Assembly: GCA_945917475.1 (NCBI GenBank)
Contig: CAMEHL010000001.1
Location: 1-55,163 of the forward strand
DNA length: 55,163 nucleotides
Direction of reading: 5' to 3'
Source of the DNA: an uncultured Clostridia bacterium
GTDB lineage: Bacteria; Bacillota; Clostridia; Christensenellales; Borkfalkiaceae
A program made the position numbers and the translations under genes. Below are positions 8,318 to 17,517 of this stretch, in pieces; the stretch's first letter is position 1, and the number at the start of each line of letters is the position of its first letter. The notes under the pieces are model-generated. The model was not told where the DNA came from. It made no database searches and saw only the letters and a list, made by a program, of their open reading frames with translations.

Positions 8318-11300
8318 TTAATCCTTTTTATTCTTCTTTTTCTTCAGGAGATACGCCGCCGCAAGCGCGAGCAGAGAGACGCCGACGATCTCCGATGAAG
8401 AAACCTCTCCGCGACATCCGCCGCCCGAAGAAGTCTGTTCGGAGACGGAAGAATTTTCGTTTTCGGAAGACGATTCGGAAGAATTTTCGTTTTCGGAAGA
8501 CGATTCGGGCTCCGTCTTTTCAAAGACGGCGTAGACCGAAAGGTCGGAACCGATCGCGCTGTCGAAGTCAAACGCGTTCCCGCCGTCGGCAGCAGTAAAC
8601 CATCCTTTAAAGAGGAATCCCTCTTTCTCGGGCGGTTCGGGCATGGCGACACATTCGCCTTCATAAACCTTCTGCGTCTGATAGACAGCGTCTCCGACGA
8701 AGAAAGTCACCGTATAGACGGAAAGTTTTTCAAATTCTTTCTCGCCCAGAGTGATCGTTCCTTCGCCGTAAAAGGCGGTGCGGACGGTTTCTCCCTCCGC
8801 GTATTCCAGAACGTTTTCGGCAAGCAGATAATATGTGAATTGCACGGCTTCGCCTTCGGCGGGAAGATAGACGCCGACGCGGTCTTCCTTCAGTTCGACG
8901 GCGTCGCCGTCCGCGCTGCGGTATTTCCCGTAGAATCCGGCGTACGCGTCTTCCGAGATCTCGTTGCGGACGAACGCCGCGTAGAGCGACGTATATTCCG
9001 TGCTAACGGTTACAACCGCTTCTCCGTTTTCATTCGTCCATCCTTTGAAGAGATAGCCGTCGGGGGCTTCCACAGTCTTTCCGATGGTTTCGCCTTCCAC
9101 GAGCGTTTCTCTTGCCGTCTCATTTCCGTTCACAAAGAAGGCGACTTCCACATAGGCGAATTTAGTGAATACCGATCCGTCCGTGAGATCGATCGTTTCG
9201 TAACGACAATCCTTTCCGGCGAAGATCCTGCCGTCCGACCCGATTTTCACGATATCGTATACGGTATCGGTATAACCGACGAAGTCGATTCCGTCTCCGT
9301 TCACTTCGATCTTTCTGCCGTCTTCGGTTTTATAAACGCCGTACAGAGAATCTTCCGCCGTGAGTTCTGTCCAATAGCCGGTAAGGAGCAATCTCGCGAA
9401 GTCTGTGAAGATCTGCCCCTCCGCCCCACCGACGGAATTCGTCCTTCTGATGCGGAAAGAGGAAATATATCCGTTTTCGTCGGCGAGATCCGACGCGTCG
9501 AGCAGGACGGATACTTTCGTGTTGTCGGCTCCCGTAACGATCTCGCAGACGGGGGAAGCGAAGACGTCGTCCGAAGAAGCGTAGAAACCCGTCGTCGTCA
9601 GATTGTCCGCCGTCGTATTTCCAATCACGAGGCAAAGTTCGATCTGCGAGAAGAGATCCGCTTTATAGTATCCGTCGAGAAGAACGGTCGCGACGTCGTC
9701 GTTGCCGACGCCGGACGTGCAAGCCATCTTAGTAGAGCCGTTTCCGAACAAGCCGAACAGATCGTCGTTTTCATACGTCGCTTCTGTGTTCCCGACGAAC
9801 AGTTTTGCCTGATTTCCGTCGAAATCGAGAGTGAGGTTGGATCCGACGCTCTCGACGTAACGTTTGACGCGGAGCACGACGCAGTCGGCGAAATACTGCG
9901 ATTCAGTCGCGTCCTGCGATTTCCGTATCACGAAGGAACCTACGTATCCGTTTTCATCCGAAATTTTTTCGGGATCGATCGTCAGGACGACGAGTTCGTT
10001 GGACGCGACGGATTCCACTTGGCAGACGGGGGTCGTAAACGCCTTGTCGTATGTGGAATAAACCGTCGTCGTGATCGTCTTGGTCGTGTCGTTGTTACCC
10101 ACGCGGAGTGTCATCTCTACGCTTTCGAGATTTTCCGCCTTGTATTTTTTATCGAGGCGGACGTTGATCGTCTCTCCGTTGCCGATGGCGACGTAGCCGA
10201 GTTGCAGGGAATCGTCGCCGAACAGACCGAAGGAATTGCCTGCTATATATTCTGATTCCTGACCTCTCGCAAACATACGGACCTGATCGCCGTCGACGTC
10301 CAGGTTCACGTCTTTGTCCTGACGCGCGTCGATCGTCTCTCTCGTGTCGATCACCAGTTCGACGTAATCGACGTAATAACCAAGCTCAACGGACCCGTCA
10401 GTCGCCGTCGGGCGAATGAAGAATCCGCCGATATATCCGTTCTCGTCGGCGAGGGTCGACGCGTCGAGAGTGAGAAGGGTTATGGAATAACCGTTTTCCT
10501 GCGAGGCGGAACCTGCGGATACCGTGCACGATGGATCGCTCAGTGCGTAACCCGTCGTTTTGACCTTCAGTCCGTTTCCGTTGGTGGCACAATATCTCAG
10601 GACGACTGATTCGAAGTTTGCCGCCTTGTATTTTTTGGCGAATCTGATCGTCAGAATGTCTCCGCTGATCACTTTATCGCATACGATCAGTTTCGTGCTG
10701 CCGTTGCCGAACTTCATACCGCCCGCATTATCGTCGTGGATCCCGGTCTGGACGTTCCCCTTCACCTGCATCGTCAAGTCGGTTCCGTTCGCGTCGATCA
10801 CGACATTTCTCTCGGGCATTGCGTCTTCATAGGAAAACGCAACCAGCTCTACGGAATCGAAATAATAGCGGATAGAGGAAGTCGCCCCGGTCGCGCGGAT
10901 GACGAAACCCTGAATGTACCCATTCTCATCTGCGATTTTTCCCGGATCGAGAGTCAGCGTCGTCGGCGTATAGTTTCCGCTCTGAACGGAGCTTCCTCCT
11001 CCGTTTTCGAACGCCGCGTCGGTCAGGGAATATCCCGTCGTCGTCACGTTCGAACCGCCTGACCCGCAATAGACCAGTCTCACTTCCCTTATGAAAGAGG
11101 CTTTATACTTTCGGTCGAGTATGACGGACAGATAGTCTCCGTTCGAGAGCATGAAAGAATTCGGACTGCGGATGGCCTTCGTGCTGCCGTTTCCGAAGGC
11201 AATTCCTTCGTTATCGTTTTTGATCGCGCTCGTATCCTTCAGAACCTCGCCGTTCTTTTCCAGCCAGACGTGTTCCAGATCGGCGTCGAGCAGGACGCTC

Positions 11301-11437
11301 TCGCGGATCTCCATCTCTTCCGTTTCCCCATACGCACGTGCGGTGAGGCGAAAGATGCCGATTGCCGAAAACAAGAGACTCAATGCCGCCAGAAAGGCGA
11401 CGGTCAATGTTTTCACTCTGTTGATTCTTTTCTCCAT
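8318..11437 (-). CDS. 1039-aa secreted surface protein: 4 tandem ~150-aa modules, 2 Listeria-Bacteroides (Flg_new/InlB B-type) repeats, acidic linker and C-terminal Gly-Cys/TM/poly-Lys anchor
   Basis: AAGGAG RBS and a signal/anchor helix. Four repeats each end in ADENGYIxGFxIR. FKGWTNENGEAV and FLFKGWFTAADGGNAFDF are Flg_new-like. The tail is GGGCRGEVSSSEIVGVSLLALAAAYLLKKKKNKKD. Confidence 0.85.
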   Translation of the reverse strand: MEKRINRVKTLTVAFLAALSLLFSAIGIFRLTARAYGETEEMEIRESVLLDADLEHVWLEKNGEVLKDTSAIKNDNEGIAFGNGSTKAIRSPNSFMLSNGDYLSVILDRKYKASFIREVRLVYCGSGGSNVTTTGYSLTDAAFENGGGSSVQSGNYTPTTLTLDPGKIADENGYIQGFVIRATGATSSIRYYFDSVELVAFSYEDAMPERNVVIDANGTDLTMQVKGNVQTGIHDDNAGGMKFGNGSTKLIVCDKVISGDILTIRFAKKYKAANFESVVLRYCATNGNGLKVKTTGYALSDPSCTVSAGSASQENGYSITLLTLDASTLADENGYIGGFFIRPTATDGSVELGYYVDYVELVIDTRETIDARQDKDVNLDVDGDQVRMFARGQESEYIAGNSFGLFGDDSLQLGYVAIGNGETINVRLDKKYKAENLESVEMTLRVGNNDTTKTITTTVYSTYDKAFTTPVCQVESVASNELVVLTIDPEKISDENGYVGSFVIRKSQDATESQYFADCVVLRVKRYVESVGSNLTLDFDGNQAKLFVGNTEATYENDDLFGLFGNGSTKMACTSGVGNDDVATVLLDGYYKADLFSQIELCLVIGNTTADNLTTTGFYASSDDVFASPVCEIVTGADNTKVSVLLDASDLADENGYISSFRIRRTNSVGGAEGQIFTDFARLLLTGYWTELTAEDSLYGVYKTEDGRKIEVNGDGIDFVGYTDTVYDIVKIGSDGRIFAGKDCRYETIDLTDGSVFTKFAYVEVAFFVNGNETARETLVEGETIGKTVEAPDGYLFKGWTNENGEAVVTVSTEYTSLYAAFVRNEISEDAYAGFYGKYRSADGDAVELKEDRVGVYLPAEGEAVQFTYYLLAENVLEYAEGETVRTAFYGEGTITLGEKEFEKLSVYTVTFFVGDAVYQTQKVYEGECVAMPEPPEKEGFLFKGWFTAADGGNAFDFDSAIGSDLSVYAVFEKTEPESSSENENSSESSSENENSSVSEQTSSGGGCRGEVSSSEIVGVSLLALAAAYLLKKKKNKKD
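8446..8505. repeat. Perfect 2 x 30-bp tandem duplication inside the linker-coding region
   Basis: GGAAGAATTTTCGTTTTCGGAAGACGATTC occurs at 8446-8475 and again at 8476-8505. It encodes the SSENENSSES repeats. Confidence 0.95.
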
Positions 11438-11518
11438 ATTTATTCTCCTTATCTTTATTATGCGGCGGGCTTGCGTCCGTCCCGCTTTTTCCCGAAATTG
11501 CGCTACGCAGGCAGCCTG

Positions 11519-13114
11519 TCAGAGTTCGCTGACGGAAACGAGATTCCTGTACACGTTGAAATACAGGGTCGGTTTTTCGCCGTACGGAAGGATCTCACAT
11601 TCGAGTTCCTCGATGCGTTCGGTTTTCCCTTCGACGTAATCCTTAAGTCTGTCCCGACAAGACGAAAGCCTAAGCCGAAGACCCCCGATACGTGCCTCGT
11701 GCACTTCGAAGCCGAAAGGTTCGTTCTCAATGAACCATAGCCTTTTAAATTGTCCGTAAAAGCGGTCCAGGCGTACGACTATCTCGTCCAGTTCGCCGAC
11801 GAGAGGCGTCAGAGCGGCTCTCTCTCCGCTTGCGTACCGTTTGCGTACGCGGACTCCAAAGTCGTATTTCAGTTCGAGTACCGAGCACAGGGAAGAGATG
11901 AAATCGAACAGATAGCGGTATTCCCCCGCTTTCTTCCCCGCCTCGTCTACGGCTTTTGCGTATTCCCCGTAAGGGATCCTGCCCTCCTGTCCGACGAGAT
12001 CGTCCAGAATACCGAGAAAAGGATCGCAATAGAGAAGCGCCTTGCAGGGTGTTTCGAGATCTTCGTGTTTCACGGGAAGAAGATTGGGCAGATCCAACGC
12101 CGTGAACGCCTCGAACGGAATGCCGAAAAGTTGTTCAAAGCCCCGCGTGATTTCCTCCTCGTCTTCTACGCCATCGGCGTAACGGCTGACGGCATACAGA
12201 GAGGGAAGCAGGGCGAAAAAGGAACATTCCTTGCCGTTGTCTCCCCACATCGTGATGAGAACGTTTTCCACCCGATTGCGCTTTGCCGCCGTCAGCGCGG
12301 CTTTCATAGATCTCATCGTATAGCCGTTAAACGGGGCGAATCCTCCCCAGCACCATGCTCCGCCGGCGAACCATGATTCCCTGTTGAACGCCTTATGGGA
12401 GGACATCATGGCGTCGTAATCGTCGATTTCAGTATGATAATAATCCCAATATACGGGGCTGACGTTCCCGGGTACTCTTGCGATCACCAAAGGGGAAAGT
12501 TTTACTCCTTTATCGTAATATTTTCCGTTGTTTCCGAGTTTGAAGAGCATATCGCTCCAGGCGTGTGCGTTAAAGCCGTATTTCTCGGCTATCTCCGCGA
12601 CCCTTTCCAGGTGATAGAGGATCAGGTCGTATCGGTCCCGATAGCCGTTTTTATCGAGATATTGTCCGAGCCCCGCCATATGCGCTTCGTCCATGCCGAT
12701 GTTGACGAGGTTCGAGGAAAATGCCTCCCTCAGCGTGGCGAACATTTTATCTATGAGGGCGTAGGTCTTCTCGTCGCCGATCATCAGAATATCGCCCACG
12801 TCCACGATATCGGCGTAATGCGGAAGTTTTACCAGGTTGGTGAAATGCGCCAGCGTCTGGATCGCGGGGACGAGTTCGACGTTTTTCCCGCGGGCGTACG
12901 CGTCGAGTTCTTGCAGCGTCTTCTTGGAATATCCGCCGCGCAAATATCCGAAATAAGGTTCGCTTTCGATACGGAAGGTATCTTCCAGATACAGTTCGAG
13001 CACATTATATCCCATAGCGGAAATATCGTCGATGAATTTTTTGATTTGTCCCGGCTTCATCACGGCGTTGCGCGAACAGTCGATCATCACGCCGAAGCGT
13101 TTAAAATTTTTCAT
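11519..13114 (-). CDS. GH20-like beta-N-acetylhexosaminidase family protein, cytoplasmic (no signal peptide)
   Basis: GVMIDCSRN..., LVPAIQTLAHF and NIGMDEAH fit the GH20 TIM-barrel pattern (mLDvsRh / PEiD.PGH / GgDE). ATG at 13114 preferred over the TTG at 13135. Confidence 0.85.
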   Translation of the reverse strand: MKNFKRFGVMIDCSRNAVMKPGQIKKFIDDISAMGYNVLELYLEDTFRIESEPYFGYLRGGYSKKTLQELDAYARGKNVELVPAIQTLAHFTNLVKLPHYADIVDVGDILMIGDEKTYALIDKMFATLREAFSSNLVNIGMDEAHMAGLGQYLDKNGYRDRYDLILYHLERVAEIAEKYGFNAHAWSDMLFKLGNNGKYYDKGVKLSPLVIARVPGNVSPVYWDYYHTEIDDYDAMMSSHKAFNRESWFAGGAWCWGGFAPFNGYTMRSMKAALTAAKRNRVENVLITMWGDNGKECSFFALLPSLYAVSRYADGVEDEEEITRGFEQLFGIPFEAFTALDLPNLLPVKHEDLETPCKALLYCDPFLGILDDLVGQEGRIPYGEYAKAVDEAGKKAGEYRYLFDFISSLCSVLELKYDFGVRVRKRYASGERAALTPLVGELDEIVVRLDRFYGQFKRLWFIENEPFGFEVHEARIGGLRLRLSSCRDRLKDYVEGKTERIEELECEILPYGEKPTLYFNVYRNLVSVSEL

Positions 13115-13156
13115 AGCGTTTGTTTCTCTTTTCAAAGAATAGGTAGATAAGACGGT

Positions 13157-14002
13157 TCAGCCTTTGATTCCGCCGACGGAGATGTTCTCCATGATCTTTT
13201 TGCTGAACGCCGCAAAGAATATCAGCATGGGAACTATCACGACCGTCGCTCCCGCAAATATCTTCGGCCAATCGGAAGTCTTTTGAAATTTCACAACCAG
13301 CATCTGCAACCCAACGGCGACGGTCGGTTTCGAGCGCAGAAAGAGATATTGAGAAAAATAGTCGTTCCACGCGCTGATGAAGGAGATCAGGAAGAACGCG
13401 AGCACTCCCCCGAGCACCTGCGGCAGCATAATCTGAAAGAACACCCTGCAGTGCCCTGCGCCGTCGATGAAAGCCGATTCGGCATACGTCCAGGAAACCG
13501 AACGGAAATAGGAGTACAGGTAGAGAAACACCCCTCCGAAGCCTCCTTGCATCAGAAACATTCCGAGAAACCGATTCAATAGTCCGGTCTTATACAGGAG
13601 ATTGTAAGTTGCCGAAAGAGAACCCGTCGTCGGGATCATCATGCACACAACTACCATCAAATAAATAAAACCGCTTCCCTTGAAAGGGTATTTGGCGATG
13701 ACGTAAGAAGTCATGCAGGAGAGCATAATCCCGATAGTGGTTCCGACCCCGACAAGAATCAGGCTGTTGCGGAACATACCGAGCAGGTTCGTTCTCTGGA
13801 ATTCCGTTTCGAATACCGTCCGGTAATTTTCAAGAGTAAATTCTTTCGGAAACGACCATATATTCTCAAAGAACTCCCTGGAGGTTTTGAAACTGTTGTA
13901 AAACATCATCAGAAAAGGAAACACCAACGAGATCGCGTACAAAAGGAATACGACGAAGACGATTGAAAGGGTAATCCGTTCGTTTTTCGGTCTGCGCATC
14001 AT
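13157..14002 (-). CDS. Carbohydrate ABC transporter permease (MalG/LplC-like)
   Basis: 6-TM binding-protein-dependent permease pattern (ESAFIDGAGHCRVFFQIMLPQ is the EAA loop). The start MMRRPK at 14002 forms an ATGA overlap with the upstream stop. Confidence 0.9.
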   Translation of the reverse strand: MMRRPKNERITLSIVFVVFLLYAISLVFPFLMMFYNSFKTSREFFENIWSFPKEFTLENYRTVFETEFQRTNLLGMFRNSLILVGVGTTIGIMLSCMTSYVIAKYPFKGSGFIYLMVVVCMMIPTTGSLSATYNLLYKTGLLNRFLGMFLMQGGFGGVFLYLYSYFRSVSWTYAESAFIDGAGHCRVFFQIMLPQVLGGVLAFFLISFISAWNDYFSQYLFLRSKPTVAVGLQMLVVKFQKTSDWPKIFAGATVVIVPMLIFFAAFSKKIMENISVGGIKG

Positions 14003-16539
14003 CTCGTCTCTCCTTTTTTCACGATAGCGACACCCGCGGCAAGAAGAGCGAGTACGCTCCACGCGGAGGATACCGACGAGCGGCACCCCGTCCCTTCGGC
14101 GGGTTCGGGTTCTTCCGTCTTCACGTTCACGACGACGCAGAGTTCCTCTCCGTACTGATTGCGGATATAGAAGTTACGGCTTCCGTCGGGAAATTTCCGG
14201 AGAAATTCTTTTTTGATGACGACGACATTCGCGTCGGCGTCGACCACGTAATCATCTTCGGTGATTCTGGAACCGATGACTTCGAATTCGTATCTGCCAA
14301 CCCCGATGGAAAAAGATACGTCTTCGGGCGCGGCTTTATTGAAGGAGACGCGGTCGCTCCCGTTGATTTTCAGATCGGGATAATTGGCGGGGTCGTACAG
14401 TTCGTCGAGATTTTCCACACGAACGTTATCGACTGAAAAATTCGTCCAGTTTGTGGAAGAAAACGACATATAGCCCGCCGTTTCGGTATCGTCGAGGGAG
14501 ACAAGAGTCCGCCATTGCGTATCGTCGTCCGCCCAGAGTTTGTATTCGAGGGTAACCGTTCTGTCTTTCGCCGTAATGCGCACGGAAAGCGGGGCGTCGA
14601 CGGGAGCGTTCACCGTTGCGACGGCGGAACCGTCGAAAGCGGGAATCTGCCAGCCCGTCACCGTAAATTCCGAACGGGCGGGGTCCTCCGTTTTTCTCCT
14701 CGTCATCAGGAGAGTCTGCACGGAAGACGCGGCAAAACTGCTGTTGAGAGATCCCTTGCGGAAAGAAAAACCGATCCACGGCGCGGCGGGAGTATAAATG
14801 CGTACCCCGTCGCTCTCCGTGTACGTCGCTTCATCCTGAAAACTCATGAGATCGAAAGAGAATCTCCAATCGCCATAGGAATACTTCGGACCGAAAGAAG
14901 ATCCGTCGCCCGTGCGGTCGAATTTCATCACGCCGTCTTCGAATTTCACGCCTGATTCCGCCGTATAACGCGGCTGATCCTTCGCCTCTTCGGGAACGAG
15001 GTCGTTCGACAACCGAACGGCGCCGTCTGTCGAAACGTTCCATTTCCCGACGTCCGGCATACCTCCGTCGAAATCGGCAGTCATCGTCCTGCCCGCATAT
15101 TCGGCGTAAGAGTACGCGTTAATCTTCAGATCGTCGATATAGAAACTCGTCGGATTCTCCGTGAAATTACCGATGGACAGATATCCCGCAACGTCTTCAA
15201 GCCCGATCTCCGCCGTGACGGAACTTCCTCCGACAGACGTGCGGAAAAGAAATCCGCCGGGCGCTTTTTCCACGGCGAAGCAGATTTCCCGCGCTTTCTC
15301 AGCGACAAGTTGTTCCGCCGTTTTGCTCGCGGCAAGTTCTCCTCCGACGTAAATTTCAATCTGCGTTTTACCCTCTTTCAGAGCGAATCCCGCCGTCACT
15401 CCCCTTCCGGTGTCGTAACGACCGACCTGACTGCCGCCGAAAAACGCACCGATGAGATTTCCCTGAGAAAGCGCGGGCAGACAAACCGTGAAAGAGACGT
15501 CGAGAAGGGTCCCTCCGACGTTTCCGTCGGGCGAGATCTCTTTCCTCAGTCCGATCAGGTCGTTGGCGTCCGCGTCCGTAAAGGAGACGTCCGATATTTC
15601 GGAAAAACCGACGGATTTCGCGCTGAGCCCGTAAGCGCAAAGACCTTCGGACAAAGTCCGATCTTCGAAGTCGGCTTCGGCAATGACCGATTTTATTTCC
15701 ATTCCCGTAGAGGAGATTTTGGAAAACCTCACGTTGTCGAGAGTAACGCTTCCGCCTTCGTTGACGCCAACGTCCTCGACGTTGATGCCGACGTAACCGT
15801 CTCCGATGCGGAATTGAGAGGAGAAACCGCCGGCGATCGCCTGCGCAACGCCGTTTGCCGTCACGCGGAACTTCCGCACGTCCTCCCCTTCGAAATTGTA
15901 TAGACCGTCTTCGCAGACGGGCAGAAGACGGACGTCGATCGCCGTCTGCTCACCCGTCGCGTCCGAACGGAAGATTTGTCTGACACGATACGCTTTTTCG
16001 GATAAATCGACGCTTCCCGCAGGCGATTTCCGCCATTCGCCGCCGATATATTCCTCCGCGAATTTTGCGTCCCCTCCCGCGCTCTCGAAAGTGAACGTAC
16101 GGGAAGACGGACCGGCATAATAACCGAAAGTGTTCGCGTAGGCGTAGTTGCATTCCCACGCCGAGGAGTCCGAAAAAGTAACCCCCTGCATGACGCCGAA
16201 ATGAACGGTTGAGGAGGAGACGCCCGAAACGTCGAATTCCGCCATCAGATCCTCATCCGCCGCAAACGTAACGGGAGAGATCGTGGCGACGGCGTTTACG
16301 TTATTGCCCGCCGTCTCGTAACCGGAGAGACAAAGGGCAACGCCGCTTCCTCCGCGGTAAGTGATCCCGTCGCCCGTTACCACCCAGTCTCCTCCCGTCA
16401 GGGTAGTCGACGTGACGGCGTCGTCAACGATAACTTTTTTATCGCTCGCGGCAAACGCGGAAAAGTTTCCGTTGGAGACGAAAAGAAAGATTCCGGCAGC
16501 GAGAAGCGCCGCGCCCGTTTTCAAGATATGGTTTCTCAT
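13999..16539 (-). CDS. 846-aa secreted surface protein with jelly-roll (LamG-like) modules and a C-terminal Gly-Cys/TM/basic anchor
   Basis: Start MRNHILKTGAALLAAGIFLF with a GGAGGA RBS. Module ends LDNVRFSKI, IDDLKINAY and VDNVRVENL. The tail is EGTGCRSSVSSAWSVLALLAAGVAIVKKGETR. Confidence 0.85.
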   Translation of the reverse strand: MRNHILKTGAALLAAGIFLFVSNGNFSAFAASDKKVIVDDAVTSTTLTGGDWVVTGDGITYRGGSGVALCLSGYETAGNNVNAVATISPVTFAADEDLMAEFDVSGVSSSTVHFGVMQGVTFSDSSAWECNYAYANTFGYYAGPSSRTFTFESAGGDAKFAEEYIGGEWRKSPAGSVDLSEKAYRVRQIFRSDATGEQTAIDVRLLPVCEDGLYNFEGEDVRKFRVTANGVAQAIAGGFSSQFRIGDGYVGINVEDVGVNEGGSVTLDNVRFSKISSTGMEIKSVIAEADFEDRTLSEGLCAYGLSAKSVGFSEISDVSFTDADANDLIGLRKEISPDGNVGGTLLDVSFTVCLPALSQGNLIGAFFGGSQVGRYDTGRGVTAGFALKEGKTQIEIYVGGELAASKTAEQLVAEKAREICFAVEKAPGGFLFRTSVGGSSVTAEIGLEDVAGYLSIGNFTENPTSFYIDDLKINAYSYAEYAGRTMTADFDGGMPDVGKWNVSTDGAVRLSNDLVPEEAKDQPRYTAESGVKFEDGVMKFDRTGDGSSFGPKYSYGDWRFSFDLMSFQDEATYTESDGVRIYTPAAPWIGFSFRKGSLNSSFAASSVQTLLMTRRKTEDPARSEFTVTGWQIPAFDGSAVATVNAPVDAPLSVRITAKDRTVTLEYKLWADDDTQWRTLVSLDDTETAGYMSFSSTNWTNFSVDNVRVENLDELYDPANYPDLKINGSDRVSFNKAAPEDVSFSIGVGRYEFEVIGSRITEDDYVVDADANVVVIKKEFLRKFPDGSRNFYIRNQYGEELCVVVNVKTEEPEPAEGTGCRSSVSSAWSVLALLAAGVAIVKKGETR

Positions 16540-16555
16540 CTTTTTTCCTCCGTTT

Positions 16556-17512
16556 TCAGTATTCGACCGCAGGTACGAATTTATCGATAACGAACTTCGC
16601 GGCAAGGATAAGCGGCGTGCCGACGATCGCCGCGCACCAGCCGATCGTAGCGGATTCGTTCAGTTTGCCGGAAGAGACCCTGTCCGAGATCAGGTAGCCG
16701 ATCGTATATCCCTCGCCCGAAGGTCCTCCGTTCGTCAGGAGCATTGAAGGGAGAAAATAGGTAAAGGAAACGGCGATCCCCATCATGAACATCGTCGAAA
16801 CGGTAGACATGCTTAGAGGAACGACAATCTGAAGAAATTCGTGAGTCATATTGATACCGTCTATTTTCCCTGCTTCCATGACCTCGGGCGGGATCCTTGA
16901 GATCGCGCTCGTCAGCATGAGTACGTTATAGCCGATACCCGACCAAAGGGAATAGAGCAGAACCATCGGAAAGACGGTGGAAGAGTCTCCGAACCACCCG
17001 TTTTCCGGGATGAGATTCCCAAGTCCGATTCCTTTCAGCATTCTGTTCACGGGACCGTAATTGGTACTGAACAGGAAGGAAAAAACCATACACAGCGCAA
17101 CGGGCATAATGATGGAAGGCAGATAATAGATAATGCGGAAAGCCTTTTCTCCCCATATTTTTTTATAGAAATAATAAGCGCACAGGAGAGAAACGGGCAG
17201 CAGAACGAAGGTATTCCATAAAAAGATATACAAACTGTTCCGTATGCCGTAGCGGTATTGCGGATGAGAATCCGGGCTGAAAAACGCTTTGAGAACGTTT
17301 TCAAAATTCATGAATCCCACGTAGACGTAATCCCCTTGCTCGTAACTGTACGTCTGAAAAGCAAGTTTGAGGGAATCGGCGTTCACGTAAACGAAAAACA
17401 CCAGCCAGTTGAGCACGGGATACGCGAGAAAGGCGATGATGAACGCCGTTCTTTTGCGCCTCGCGCTGTTTATATTTCTTTTTTTTGGCAAAACGCCTTT
17501 CTGATTATCCAT
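16556..17512 (-). CDS. Carbohydrate ABC transporter permease (MalF/LplB-like)
   Basis: Start MDNQKGVLPKKRN (17512). Multi-TM, with EAA-like loop EAGKIDGINMTHEFLQIVVP. Confidence 0.9.
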   Translation of the reverse strand: MDNQKGVLPKKRNINSARRKRTAFIIAFLAYPVLNWLVFFVYVNADSLKLAFQTYSYEQGDYVYVGFMNFENVLKAFFSPDSHPQYRYGIRNSLYIFLWNTFVLLPVSLLCAYYFYKKIWGEKAFRIIYYLPSIIMPVALCMVFSFLFSTNYGPVNRMLKGIGLGNLIPENGWFGDSSTVFPMVLLYSLWSGIGYNVLMLTSAISRIPPEVMEAGKIDGINMTHEFLQIVVPLSMSTVSTMFMMGIAVSFTYFLPSMLLTNGGPSGEGYTIGYLISDRVSSGKLNESATIGWCAAIVGTPLILAAKFVIDKFVPAVEY

Positions 17513-17517
17513 TTCAG

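Noticed and set aside
8446-8505. Possible CRISPR-like or minisatellite array
   Set aside because: There are only two units, directly adjacent with no spacers, in frame within a coding low-complexity linker.
8840-10255. 471-aa plus-strand ORF, the longest plus-strand ORF in the track
   Set aside because: It lies fully antisense to the 1039-aa gene in the high-GC block. The sequence is Arg/Val/Phe-rich low complexity without RBS or motifs, the typical shadow ORF of GC-rich coding DNA. The same reasoning applies to 19303..20223, 12395..13150, 11750..12376, 15310..15903, 6145..6591 and 3103..3693.
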